Shown here: positions 44,119 to 57,100 of the stretch, one piece after another | How positions within the stretch are numbered: the stretch's first letter is position 1 | Layout: every line of letters begins with the position of its first letter | NCBI GenBank assembly: GCA_020137815.1 | Contig: CM035355.1 | Span: 6,138,001-6,202,000, forward strand | Length of the DNA: 64,000 bases | Source of the DNA: Hormiphora californensis | Lineage: Eukaryota; Animalia; Ctenophora | Reading direction: 5' to 3' | Position numbers and translations under genes: made by a program | The notes under the pieces: generated by a model | The model's input: only the letters and a program-made list of their open reading frames with translations | The model's database searches: none | Told to the model about the DNA's origin: nothing

Positions 44119-45000
44119 ATTCATCTCTGAATCTGTCATGAACTCTTAGCAGGAATTGCGGTTGTCCAAACTGTACTTAGTGTAATTACTACCGTGTGTG
44201 TCCCCCACACACGACCAGGATCTTACAATATAGGTAGTCTCTACAATGGTCATACAGCCCAGAGAGAATAACAAAAACTCTGAAATTGGTACGTGGTATC
44301 TAATTGCATGGGAATAATACTGCTCTAAATAGTAGACATGGCCTACAAAACAAAACATGTGGTCCTGCTTTGCTACATATTCGAGATAAGAAGCACTCGC
44401 CTCATCGAATTAATCTCTGTAACAGTAAGAAAACCTCACTTACAGTCCTAATAATGGATACCTCATGTACTTCTAACTACAATTTCTCCTCTACAGGGCA
44501 TCAAGTTGGTGGTTGATAGTTTCTCGATAAAATGGCGGGAAATTCACTACCTGTTCACCCTACTATACTCCTTCCAATGCCTGAAGAATGAAAGTCTGGG
44601 GCGTGTCAAGAAATATAATTTTCAGAGTATAACTCTCAGCTATATGATCGGAGGTGTGGAGAATGAGTGTTTTCTGAATCTGCGGAATCACAAGTAAGAA
44701 ATGAGGGAGATAGAAAGATAGAGGGAGAGAGGGGATGGGATGATCAGATTGAGACAGGTAGACGGGGATATGATTTATGAAGGACGATATTTTGAAGCAA
44801 TCATGGAGCTGGAGATTGTTAATATATTATCTGGTTGCTATCTCACCCTCAAGCACATTTTGCACACATTCTGCTCAACATAACGATATTCTTGAATGAC
44901 TGTTCATATCACAAGCAAGGGATTAGCTAGGGGACCATAGATGAGAACTTATGTTTGATGTTCTATCTGCATCTTTGTATCTCTCTCCCCCCTCTCTTTA

Positions 45001-45080
<80 letters not shown>

Positions 45081-45083
45081 CCC

Positions 45084-45136
<53 letters not shown>

Positions 45137-48100
45137 CCCATTTCTCTCTCGCCCACTCATGATCACAGCACATGGTCATCCCAGTTGAAATAATGAACGA
45201 TGCATTGTTGCTGAGTGAGGAGCTATAGTTTGTTGAGAGAGAGTGAGGGAGTGAGAGAAAGATAGATGAAGTTGAATAGTTGTGATGCGAAGGTGGAAAG
45301 GAGTACTAGAGTTGCTATGTTAAGTTACAGGAGAAGTATTATTATGGGTAGGGAAGGACGAGCAAGGCAAGAGGAATGCACTCGATACAATTAGAGAACT
45401 CTTCTCCTGAATTCTCCGTCCCTCATCCAGTGCGATTATAGAGAGGGAAAGAGATAATTATAAATAGAGAGAGATAGAGAGAGGGGAGGGTGCACGTTCC
45501 TCCTCCTCTTCTCTAGATGAGATGTGATTTGATTGCCACTAACATCTACCTCCTTCAGGCTGGGTATATTGACCTCCCTCTTCCCCCCACTCAGGTACAG
45601 ACTTGTCTTCTACCAGGCTAAGAAGGGCCGTGCCAACACACATGCTATCATCAGGGTAAGATACAAGAGGGATGACCCATAAGAGAGATAAGTTATAAAC
45701 TTCTTGTTTATAAGAGGGTGTGATTTGATGAAACCAATGTCATCTAAATCTTACCTTAGAACACTTACACTTCATACCGAATTATTAAATCTCTCGACCC
45801 CATATATCATACAACGTACTAACACTCCCTTCCCCAGCCGCATCTGGAACAGGAGATATCGACCCATCAGAGCATCTTCAAACTCCTCTACACTCTCCAC
45901 CGGACAGCTAACTTGACCTCCCTGGTTTGGAGTTTACCCAGACTGAGTTATTGGGGGTTGGACAAGAATACCAGTTGTCATACTCTGTGGCAGTTTGTAC
46001 CACGATCTGCCAATGCAATCAGGTAATTTCGATACGACCTTGGATAACGTGATTGAATTTTCTTTCAACTACCGGCCAGAAAGCCCGGTTCAAACTTGCC
46101 CGATGGTTTACGTAAACCCTGGTTGTCCACTGGGTAGCTATTAACCAATCGAGACTTCCCGAATATCCCACAGTGTTGCCCGAACAGAGAAACTCGAAAT
46201 TAAGGATTTATGAAACTAAATCACACAATAATATAACTCAGAACAAAGCAATAACTTCTCGCTGCAGACTGCTGCTCGTATTAACACCCTTCCTCTTCGC
46301 CACGTCATTCTCATCAAAGCTAAACACATCCCTCGTTCCATCCGCACTGATGTATGTAGTTGTCTGGCTGATGGCTCCTTGAGTCGTACTGGTCCGGTTA
46401 TTCAGAGTGAAGTATCCAGATGTCAGCTGAGGGGAAGGAATAGGACCCGGTGTGATGGGTACCGCAGCAGGAGACGGGATCATATCAGGGAATCCGGGAG
46501 TGATGGGAGAGAGAGGGTTGTTGGGAGATCGAGGGGTTGGGGTGAAGTACTGGTCATCAACTAGGAAGCCACAGTTCAGGAAGAGCTGCTTGTTTACAAT
46601 ACCGGACCGTCGGTAGATCCTGTTGAAGTCGGGATTCCTGGGGTCAGTTCTCTGGGTAGCCAGGGTGGACTGGTGGTGTAGAAAGGGAGGAAGGTCAGGG
46701 CCGGCATCAGCAAAAGCGGCAGGAGGGGGTGTAGGTTTAGCATTAAACTCAGCAGCAGGGATGTAGACAAATGAGGGTGGGTTCACCAGAACAGGTCGGG
46801 TATTATTCTTCTTCCTGCGGAGGACTCGGTGGTTCCTGCGGAAGGATGAGGCCGTGCTGGTGTTATCAGAGAAGGAGTCGTTAGAGGGAGATGATGATTT
46901 CTTGCTGTAACAGGATCCCATATTGGCAGTAGATGTAAGGATGTAGTAGTTGTGGTTGGTTGTTGTAGAGATGGATGGTTTGGATGATTTATTGGGATGT
47001 TGTGTTGGTTCTTATACCTCCCTGGGAGGGTTAGTTGAGAGAGGCTTGTTAGTGGAGATACCATGCTACTACCAGGATCACATATCGGTAGAAGGAGAGG
47101 TATCATGTATCGGTAGGAGGAGGGGGATCGTGTATCGTACCGAGCCGCTCCTTGCTAGTGGGGATCATGTATCGGGACCCAGCCCTTGGTAGATCGGTGA
47201 TATGTGATACTGTGGAGGGTGATATGTGATACGGTGTTCTCTAAACCTGGTCTAACAACGATACTGGTAAACAACCAATACCGGTAGTAGAGAATGAACA
47301 ATGCCTGAGCCCTGAAAGAATCAATAAGGATAAACATACCAAGTTCGAAGCGTGTACCGGCTTGTACCCAGCGTAACCACGATTATACTAACCCTCAATC
47401 ACCCCGAATTTATACCACGTATTAGCGAAGGTTCTAACCCTCACTCCTCCCCAGGGTATTCTACCGAGCGAATGCAGCACTTGATCTAGTTTGCTATACA
47501 GCGGACAGCTTCGCAGTGAGAGATGTATCTTCTCTCGTTTCATCGCGGCTTGCCCGATACAGCCCCCTTCCACTGCTACACAAACTGGCCGAGATAATAT
47601 CCAAGAAGTAAGTTGTTATTTGAAGTGAGCCGCAGTGAAAACGCGTGATATATAATAATCTAGTTCTAGTTTTTTCCTCCCCTGACCGGACCATTGAGTT
47701 GCCTAACACTGTGTCCGCGCTAAAGTAATTGAACAATTCAACCTGGCTTCTTTTGTCTCATATAAGACCGTCCTCTTAACTTGGCACCGGGCGGGTTGCG
47801 CGATGTACACTACAGTCAGTGCCTGACAAGGCTTCTTCTAAACCCGACTATCCTCAGGGTGGATGGTGCCACGGTGGATATCCTGGTTTCCACGGTAACC
47901 CAGACTCCTGATCAGAGTGGGAGAAGTGCAACTGGAGGATCACAGCCCGCTACACCAGCTGGATTCACTGGAAATCAACCTCCCACACCAGGTATATATA
48001 ATATAATAGGATTTTCTGTTTGTTTCTTTCTTTCTTTCTTTCTTTCTTTCTTTGATATCGCGATGTATCTTCCTTGTAGCAACTCCAAACTTTACAACTC

Positions 48101-51100
48101 TCCCCATGCATTATGATCACCCCTTTCCAGGTTACCCAGCGACCCCCAACTACGCCAACCCAACGACACCCGGTGGCTACCCAGTACCCTCGCCAGTTGC
48201 TACAAACAAACCTCAACCATCGCCCCAACAACAACAATCATCACACAGCCCCTTCGTTCAACCTAACCCCTCCCCGATGGCAAGCAACATGGGTAAGTAA
48301 TTTCATGGGAGAGAGAGTGGTAAATATCGAAAGTAAAAAGGGTTGAACAAAACATGATAACACCATGGGTATATTGAGTAACCGTGAAGACCATCATAAC
48401 AACTAGAGTAACCATGGTAACCATGATAACAGCTAGTAACCCCCCTAGTAACCCACCTTCCTTTCTCTTCCAGGTGCTCCCTCTCCCATGGTGATGTTGA
48501 TGTCGCCCCAGACATCAGGTCAATACATGCCCAACTCTCCAGCCCCGGTACCTAGCCCGGGATACATCCAACAACCCAGTCCGTCAGCAGGCCCCATTAT
48601 TGGGTCACCCACCTACTGCAGGAACACAGGTAACAGCGAGAGACAGAGACAGAGACAGAGACAGAGACAGAGACAGAGACAGAGACAGAGACAGAGACAG
48701 AGACAGAGACAGAGACAGAGACAGAGACAGAGACAGAGACAGAGACAGAGTATTTGTCAGTCAGTATCGGGGGTGATAGTTCTGGAAATTAATATTATAT
48801 TGGCCATTCTGGCAGTGTTATTAGTTGTTGCGGGCACTGGAACTAGGTAGCCTATAATAGCAGTTCATATTAATTGCTGGTCCAATTATCTTATTCCCTT
48901 TTCGAATTATAAATCAGGCTATACAGAGTTTGTGTCCCAAATTAGCGCCGTTATTCCCCTTTGTCTCTCTCAGTCTCCGCGCCTGTATCCCTCTGCCTCC
49001 CCCTCTCTCTGTCTCTCCTTGTCGTTGGCAAATAACTTTCCGTATTTCGATTTCCGTGCCATGACGATCCCAGGTTCTGATTTCTTCTTATAGTTCTTGG
49101 CTCCTGCGACGACTCCATACGTTACACCCTCCTGTCATCACACACTGACTGAGCTCTAACATATGCTGCGTGTATTGTTGTACTCACACCTCCTTGTACG
49201 TACAATTAGTATGTAGCTACTGCCGGCTACTGTACTCACAATGTATGTATTCAAATTGTACGCGACCCGGAATATACCTCATTTTCTTGCGAGTCTGAGT
49301 CAGCGGAGTTTGTAGCTCTACAACTCTGTATAGTAGTCAGTGGCCCCGTATTTTTCCAGAAACTTGATTTGTCTTACTCAGCATGTTTAAAATATTTGGC
49401 AGCTCTCGCACCGGGCCAGCGGCAATGAACAACCTGTGTAGCATGGTATTTTCATGTGGGTACATGTTTAGGGCCTGACGCAAAAGACTTACTGGAACCG
49501 CTGGCAAAATTAACAGTTTCTCCCTCCCTCTCTCTGTTTCCCTTTTTCCCCGCATTTCCATTACGCATAATTTCTATTTTATTTCCTTTTCCATACCTTG
49601 GCCTTTTGTAATTACTATCCACTATTTTGCTTTTGGAAACATTTCATACTCCCAGCTCCCATGTTCAACATTCTACCAGTTGAGATCTGCGAGAGGATCC
49701 TCTGCCACGTGGACCCAACCACCATCACCCAATGCCTCCTTGTCTCCCACCACTGGCATGCCACAATCACCAACCTTTCCCGTGTCTGGGCCACAGCATG
49801 CCACCGTGCCAACATCACCCTGCCCCGGCCTCTCCACTCCGCCTGGGACTACAGGGAGCGGCTGAGGATGCTGAGAGAGAGGTGTAGCAGGCTGGACATG
49901 AGGGGGTATAGGATGGATGGGGAGGTGGGTGGTGGGGTAAAGGTTATCAGTGGTAACGGCTGGTGTGTTGTCATGGTAACGGTTAGTGGGTGGTTGAAAG
50001 TTGTGGAGCTGGATAGTTGGAATGTTGTGGGAGAGACACAAGTTGAGTGGGATGGAGAGGAGGTGGTGTGTTGTGAAGCCAGTGAGGATCGTGTGTGTCT
50101 CTGTTTCACATCTAACAGGGTGACTGTTTACAAACTGGACACTCTGACCCCGGTGTATAGTTTCAATATCAGGAGTGTCGCTGAAATAAAATGTGTGAGA
50201 CTGGGTGGAGGTGATATGGTAGCTATTCTAGCGGGTTTGATGATATCCCTTTGGAGGGGTGGACAACATGTTACTGATTTCCGGGAAGTATCCCGGTTTT
50301 CCTGGAAACTATGGGACGGTGGGACTTGTAAAGATGGTCTGTATGATCGAGTCCTTACATTCACTCCATCTCTTCTCCTTGCTGTTTCTCCCTCTACTTT
50401 CCATACTATCTCTCCAACTGACGGTTCCCACACCTCTGTTCCTGTCCCAAGTTGCACATGCTCCACAGAACTCCTGGCGACACAGAAGTGTTATCTATGG
50501 CCGTGTGTGGTGAGCAGTGCGAGGTTCACGTGTATTCGATCTACCTGTGGTATTCACCTTTATAACACGGACTCTCTAGCCCACGTACGCACTCACAGAG
50601 TCACGTACAATCCCTGTGAGAGACTTATTGCACCCCTTTCCAGAGCTAATATTGTCGGTGTTGGATCCAAGTTTATTCTCTGCATTGACCCTCACTACTT
50701 CCCCCGGCTACTTCTTATTGACACTCAGACTGGAGGTGAAGTCAGTACAGTAGGAAAGTGGAAGGGTGAATGCGAGGAACAGATTTCAATCTATCTCGGT
50801 ATTTACCATACATCTTACTTTGTCAGACCAACTTCCCTCAATTCCTGGCTGGATGGTGATTTTGGTGACGTCACGACTACGTCATCGGTTGCTGCGTTGG
50901 TGTACCGGCACCGGGATTTCCTATCCTCTGAACGGATTTGGGTGTTTCAGCTGGAGAACTTTAGGGTCCGCAGTGGGGAACAGTGTCAGGAGTTCTTTGG
51001 ATCCGCATCACGATCAATCGTTGCTAGGCAACCACCACAGTGCCAGGCAACCATTGTTTCAGGCTGATCAATTGACGCTGGGGAGCAATTAGTTGATTGA

Positions 51101-54100
51101 GAATAGAACAATATGGTTGAGAAGTAAACTTCAAAAGATAGAGACAGTTTGCTAGTAGCATTCCAATTTGAAACTTCTATATAACGCCTTTTGTACGTAT
51201 AAAGTAAACTACAGCCCTCTCTCTCCCTCTCTCTCTCACTCCTTCTTTCTCCCCCTCTCTCTCGCCCTCTGTTTCTATTGTACTGCTCCAAGCTCCACGA
51301 CACCCCTCTATTGTGTCTCGTGAAGCCCTCACGTTATGTTGTTAACCCTCTCGTTTCTCCTCGTCCTCCTCCTTCTATCTGTCCTCTACGTCCTCTCAAC
51401 CATCGCCCATGCTCGCTACTCCTTCCGGCACATCCCCGGTCCACCTATCGCCCACCTGATCAGTGGTCATGCCGGGTTAATTATCCGGCTGATGCGGGAG
51501 GAAGGACACAGTTACAACTACAGGCTAGCATGGTGTACCCAGTTTCCTACCCTCTACGTAGCCTGGCTTTACCACACACCCCAGATCTGTATCACAGATG
51601 CTCCAACACTCCACCGGTACTTCTCCCAGCCTCGGGAGAAGTTCCTGTACCCCTTCCTGGGTTATTGTATGGGAACTCGGGTTATGGGCTATAATTCCAT
51701 TTTCAACGATCCTGGGTCGGAGATTTGGAGGAGAAAGAGGGCTCATTTCCGGCCCTTTTTCGCAGCCTCAGTAGCACACAGGGGACACTGGGCTGGGGAG
51801 ATTGAGGAACGGAGTCAGGATCTTCTGGATCTCCTGGTACCCGGGACTGAAGTTGATCTGGTGGACCTGTCAAAACGGTTCCTCTTTGATGTCATTGCTG
51901 GGTTGGTATTGGGTGACTCGCCCGGATCTCTCCATACAGAGTGTCCAGTGAAAGATGCCCTGGACACCTTTATGTCACTCGGTTTCCAAAATGCTCTGAG
52001 CTTCACTAATAACATTCCATTCTTCAAAAGCGAGGTAAAGAGGACCTTTCTGGCCGCGGTGAAGCTGTGTCGTGAGTATGGATCGGAGTTGGTGAGGAGA
52101 AGGGTGGAGGAAGATCCCACCCTCTCACACCATCAGGATATCCTGACCCTGATAATCCAGGCTAATAACGGTGATGTTGAGTCCATGGTGGATGATATTA
52201 CAGTGTTTCTACTTGCGGGCTATGATACGGCTGCTAATGTGTTAGGGTTTGTGTGGGCTCTGTTATTGGAACACCCCCGAGTATTGGAGAGAGCCAGGGA
52301 AGAGGCACGGGGGTTAGAGAGAAAGGATGCGATGTGGTTTATGAAGTTGGAATATATTGAATCCTGCTGTCTGGAGGCCATGCGGTTGTTCCCCGTGGCA
52401 CCAGTTTCCCACAGAATCAACCGACGGGAAACAACCATCGCTGGATACCGTATACCTGGTATACCCGCACAGATCCAAGCTAACTCGTACACGCAGCACC
52501 GCAACCCCCGATATTGGCACGATCCAGAGGAGTTCCTACCGGAACGGTGGGGTGGGGGATTCACTGCTCCTCCCGGCACCTATATGCCATTTATGATAGG
52601 GCCCAGATCGTGTATCAGCAAGGACCTGGCGATGACGGTACTGAAGGTTACATTGGGTACCCTGTTGAGGGAGAGATGTTTTGAGAGGGGAGGTGGGGAG
52701 AGGAGGATTGGAGCGAAACAGGTGTTCACCCTTCACCCGGATAGGAAGGTCATGGCCCGTGTAATTAATTAATTACCTTATTCTCGTTAATTAAGCTCGT
52801 ATATTTCAAGAAACTTTTAAACAAGAAACTTTTTTTCTAGGAAACTACAGGTGTAGGCAATCCAAAAACAAAAAGAATTTCTCCTTTATCAATAAACTAA
52901 ACAAGTTAGGGGTGTTCTATTTTGTTGTGGTGTCTGTGAATTGTGTGATTTACATTTGAAAAGTTTCTTATAAAAAAGTTTCTTACTAAAGCGTTTCTTA
53001 AAAAACGAGAGTAAGGTAATTAATTAACTACTTAATTAATAATTACTTGAATAATAAATGTTATCTAGGATGCAGTGACTCCAAACTTGAGTTTGTCAAA
53101 TCTTGATTTATATTGATGAAGGCAATGATGTTTCTTATTTACATTAATTTGACGTTACTGCAACATTATGTATTACTATCCCGAATTCAAGAGTCTATTT
53201 TCAAACTATAGGTGTTGAAACACAACAGCATTCAAACAATTAGATTGAGTAAATTACACTGTAACACCAGTCACCACTGCACCATGCACCATACTTCACC
53301 CTGTCGTTACCATGGTAACCAATGTCCCCTCCCCCCTCAGGAACGACACAGTACACTGGACCCGGTAGTAACGCTGGAGGGAGGATGTCCTCAGTAGGTC
53401 GGTCCTCCACCCTCTACATCAATCGAGTTATGTTAGAGAGTCTGATGAGCTACTCATTCAACCCCCTCACCATCGACAGTCCAGGTACGTACCAGCTGTC
53501 CTCATACAGTCGGACCCCGATTTACCGGGGTGCTCGGGAGAAAGGGTTTTGCCCGGTAAATCGGGGTTCTGGTAAATCAGGGTCTGACTGTATAATGGGT
53601 TTGGGTGATGATGAAGTTCTCTACTTTTAACAAGAATGAATCTCATTGAATGGTGTAAACGCAGTGTAATTGTATCATTATGGTACATTAGACAGTGCTG
53701 CTTGTAGTCAGATTACCGTAATGAAAATACAGTAAGGAGACGCGCACGGTACATAACGCGCGGCAAAAAGTTCATGTGTCAGCACGTACTAGCGCCCTGA
53801 TTGGTAACGGTTGCGCGTCGTCTTACTGTATCTTCGTTTTCCATTACCGTTTTCCCACTACAAGCGACCGTGTCATACATTGGCAGCTTATTTGGCATAA
53901 ACAATAGATAGCATCAGCTAGTTAGATCTGTTCATAAGCATACAAATCAACAATGAACAACCTTGAATGCTCATAATATTCATGTCTATAATGTGGCAGT
54001 TTGTCAGGCCTTCACCATGAAAGGTCCATGTTTGGAAATCCGGAAAAAGGAATATGTTTGATGGTTATGTAACCATGACGACTTGTTTTTACCCCAAATT

Positions 54101-57100
54101 TTCAAAGCGCCGTTTCCTGGGGAGGTGGAGTTCCCTCCACTGGTTCTTGTTCGTTTGAACTCTGTAAAGACGTAATGAAACTTCTTGCATTGCGACTGAA
54201 AGCTTGTGTTGGCCTAAGAATGAGACCAAAGTAGAAGTTTGAGTCATACAACAGGGGGTTGATCACCGAGTTGATGGGAAGGATAAGGATTGAAAAGAAG
54301 GGATACCAAGCTGTGACATTTATGGCTTCGTGGAGGTGCAGAAATGAAACAATGCTCAATGGAACCCAGCAGAAGAAATCTGTCAGGATTATTGCAGAGA
54401 TTTTTGCTTGAAGGGCTCTGTTTGTGCCTCGTCGACCCGCTGCAGCTCCAACATTCCGGCTGGATTGGCGGGTTTTAAAGTTGATGTACCCATAGCTGAC
54501 CAATATAAAGATGAAACACAGGCAGTTCACCAGAAGAATCGATGTTGAAAACACCCATTGGGGGTCGTCTCGGGTAACAAGGTATTTAAACACGCAAACG
54601 CCGTCATTGCCGTAAAAATGGACGGTCGAACTCGATATACCTGAAAATAATTAAGAATTTAACAGTAATTTTTCTATTTTGTTGTATTTCGCTATGAATT
54701 TTGCACAAACACACATTTAATTACCTCCAACATCTGATGAAAACATTTCTTTGACCGTTGAGCGGATGGTTTCCCAGGAGAAAGGGGCTTTCTCCCACGA
54801 TATTGACCGCCCTTCAAAGTACTCCTTGAAAACCTTGTAGTGGTTGATCTTACTGACGGGCCGGATGAAAAGCGGTGATCTGTAGTAATATAGCCCATTA
54901 ACAAAGTAATCTTCGGTAAGTGACAAAATGGGTGTTACTGCAATCAACAGACTCGCCAGAAGGGGGAAGACTAGCAGAAACCCAAGTTTGGCAGCAGACT
55001 TGTAGCTAGACAAGTCCCTTTGGACAAGATTTCCAATGTTTGCCACTCGGGTGATGCTGAGCATTGTCATTGCGAAGAGTGACAATTGCGATCCCGTGGT
55101 ACTCAGGACTCCAAGGAAGGAACACTCACTGGAACTGAACCATCTGTATCTCTCTTGGCAGTAGTTGCCATCAGCATTGTAGATGAAGTCAAAATAGGAT
55201 AGCAGCAGAAGGTAGATACCAATCATCAAGTCACCAAGATTTATCAAAACAATGGTCGATTTGTTAAGGAACATTTCATACGTCTTTTGTCTGGATAACT
55301 CCCAAGCCGATCTTGTCAGTGAAATAGTATTCAGGGAAGTTGAAATCACGCCCATAGATAAGCTTGCAGATCTCAGAAAATCGTTCCCGAAGATGTTCTT
55401 ATTTGTAGAAGGACAACTTTGTAAGCACTCGTCGGAAAAATCACGGCAGTCCACCACGCCATCGCACACTTGAGATAGGACCACTAGTTCATTGTAATTT
55501 TTACACTGAAAGTGATTCGCACAGGAGTTCTCATCGGAGCCATCCCCGCAGTCGTCTTTAAGGTTACAGACATCTCGATAGGAGACACATCTTTTGTTAT
55601 CACACGGAAATATTTTATTGTCGTAGAAGCCGGGATCTTTTGCGGTTTTGAACAGCGTTGTTGTACTTGGAATGGCAGTGTCTGCCAGAGCTCGAACTAC
55701 GGAATCCTCTTTATTTGTACAAGTGTCTCCGGGGATTTTCTTCAAGGGACATTCAGCATTCAGACAGATGTTGTTACATGCTGCATAGACATAGTTCGCA
55801 CCAAAAAGATGGGAGCAGTCGACCTTTATTTCAGGAATCCTTACGAACACTGGTTGCTGGACATTTAGTACAGTTTTGACGATTCCAGCAGAGTGTTCTA
55901 CTGTGGTGCAATTTCCTAATTTCCTTTCCAGGTCTGCAGCTCCGGTAGGAAAACAATGCTGAATGAAATGTTCATCCTGGCTAGTAATAAAGGTATCGAT
56001 GAGATTTGTTACATCAACATCAGTTTGGCGGGCTGCGTTACACAGCTTTTCCTCAAACGAGCATGTGTTTATTCTGTCGCAAAGATTGTCCAAGTCAATA
56101 TAATTCCTCTCTAAAGGACAGAGAAGAACTTCCTTACAGTCAGTCCCTATCTCTTGATACCTGGTGTAATAGTCAGATCCACATATCTTCCACCTACCCT
56201 TCTCTTCATCCATTCCATCGAGACAGTCCACTTGTCCGTCCATGACCCACTCCAAAGGAATCCGAAGGGAGACGTTCTTCGCCCGGTCTGGAGATTGAAA
56301 TCTTCTGATGCATCTAACCGTGGTCAAATCTTTACAAGTTTCGTCCCCTCCGTTATCGCAATCGCGATGTCCATCACACAGCTGCCCCTTGTGAATCTTG
56401 CAGCCTAGTTCTGGATCAGTACATGCGTTATTGTAGTCATCATCACAAAGTGAATGACCCTGGCAATATCCCCATATGGATATGGTTGTTGGAAAGCCCT
56501 GGGAGAGACACTGCATAACAACCCTTTCAGGATCACTGCAGTTTGTCTGATCCTGTCCGCCTTGGCAAGCGGAATGGTCAGCCACGAAACATCTCATGTT
56601 ATCTTTGATTCGTATGATATTGTCAGTCGATCTGCGCTGGCAGGTGGTATGATCAGCAACCGTCCAATTAAAACAACCTATCTGGTCTTCACCATTTTTA
56701 CATTGCGAAAATTCTTTTTTGCACATCCACAGAGGGGGAATGTACTTTGGTTTATCTGATTTTCCACACCATACACCATATTGCACTCCGTTGCAGTTTG
56801 ATTCATCTGAACAACCGTCATCAGTGCAGATATTGTTACACTTTGCTATTACACTGTTATCAGTACATCCAACCATGTTCAGTTCAGTATCTCCGCATGC
56901 ACCTTCTTTGCATCGTCTGTAAAGATCATATTTCGTACCAACTGCGGTATACCCATTGCAAATGAACGTCCCACAGAGCAATGGTGTCCCAGCTAGTTCC
57001 CTGGAACCTGTGCAACCACTGTGCCCACATACCTGGTAGAACCCTGGATCGGAAGGACAAGTGGTACTGAATGCCTGACTATGGTCACAGTCAGGTTTCG

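Noticed and set aside
49615-56965. Many short overlapping or antisense ORFs over the F-box, P450 and LDLa-GPCR genes
   Set aside because: Shadow frames of real coding sequence.
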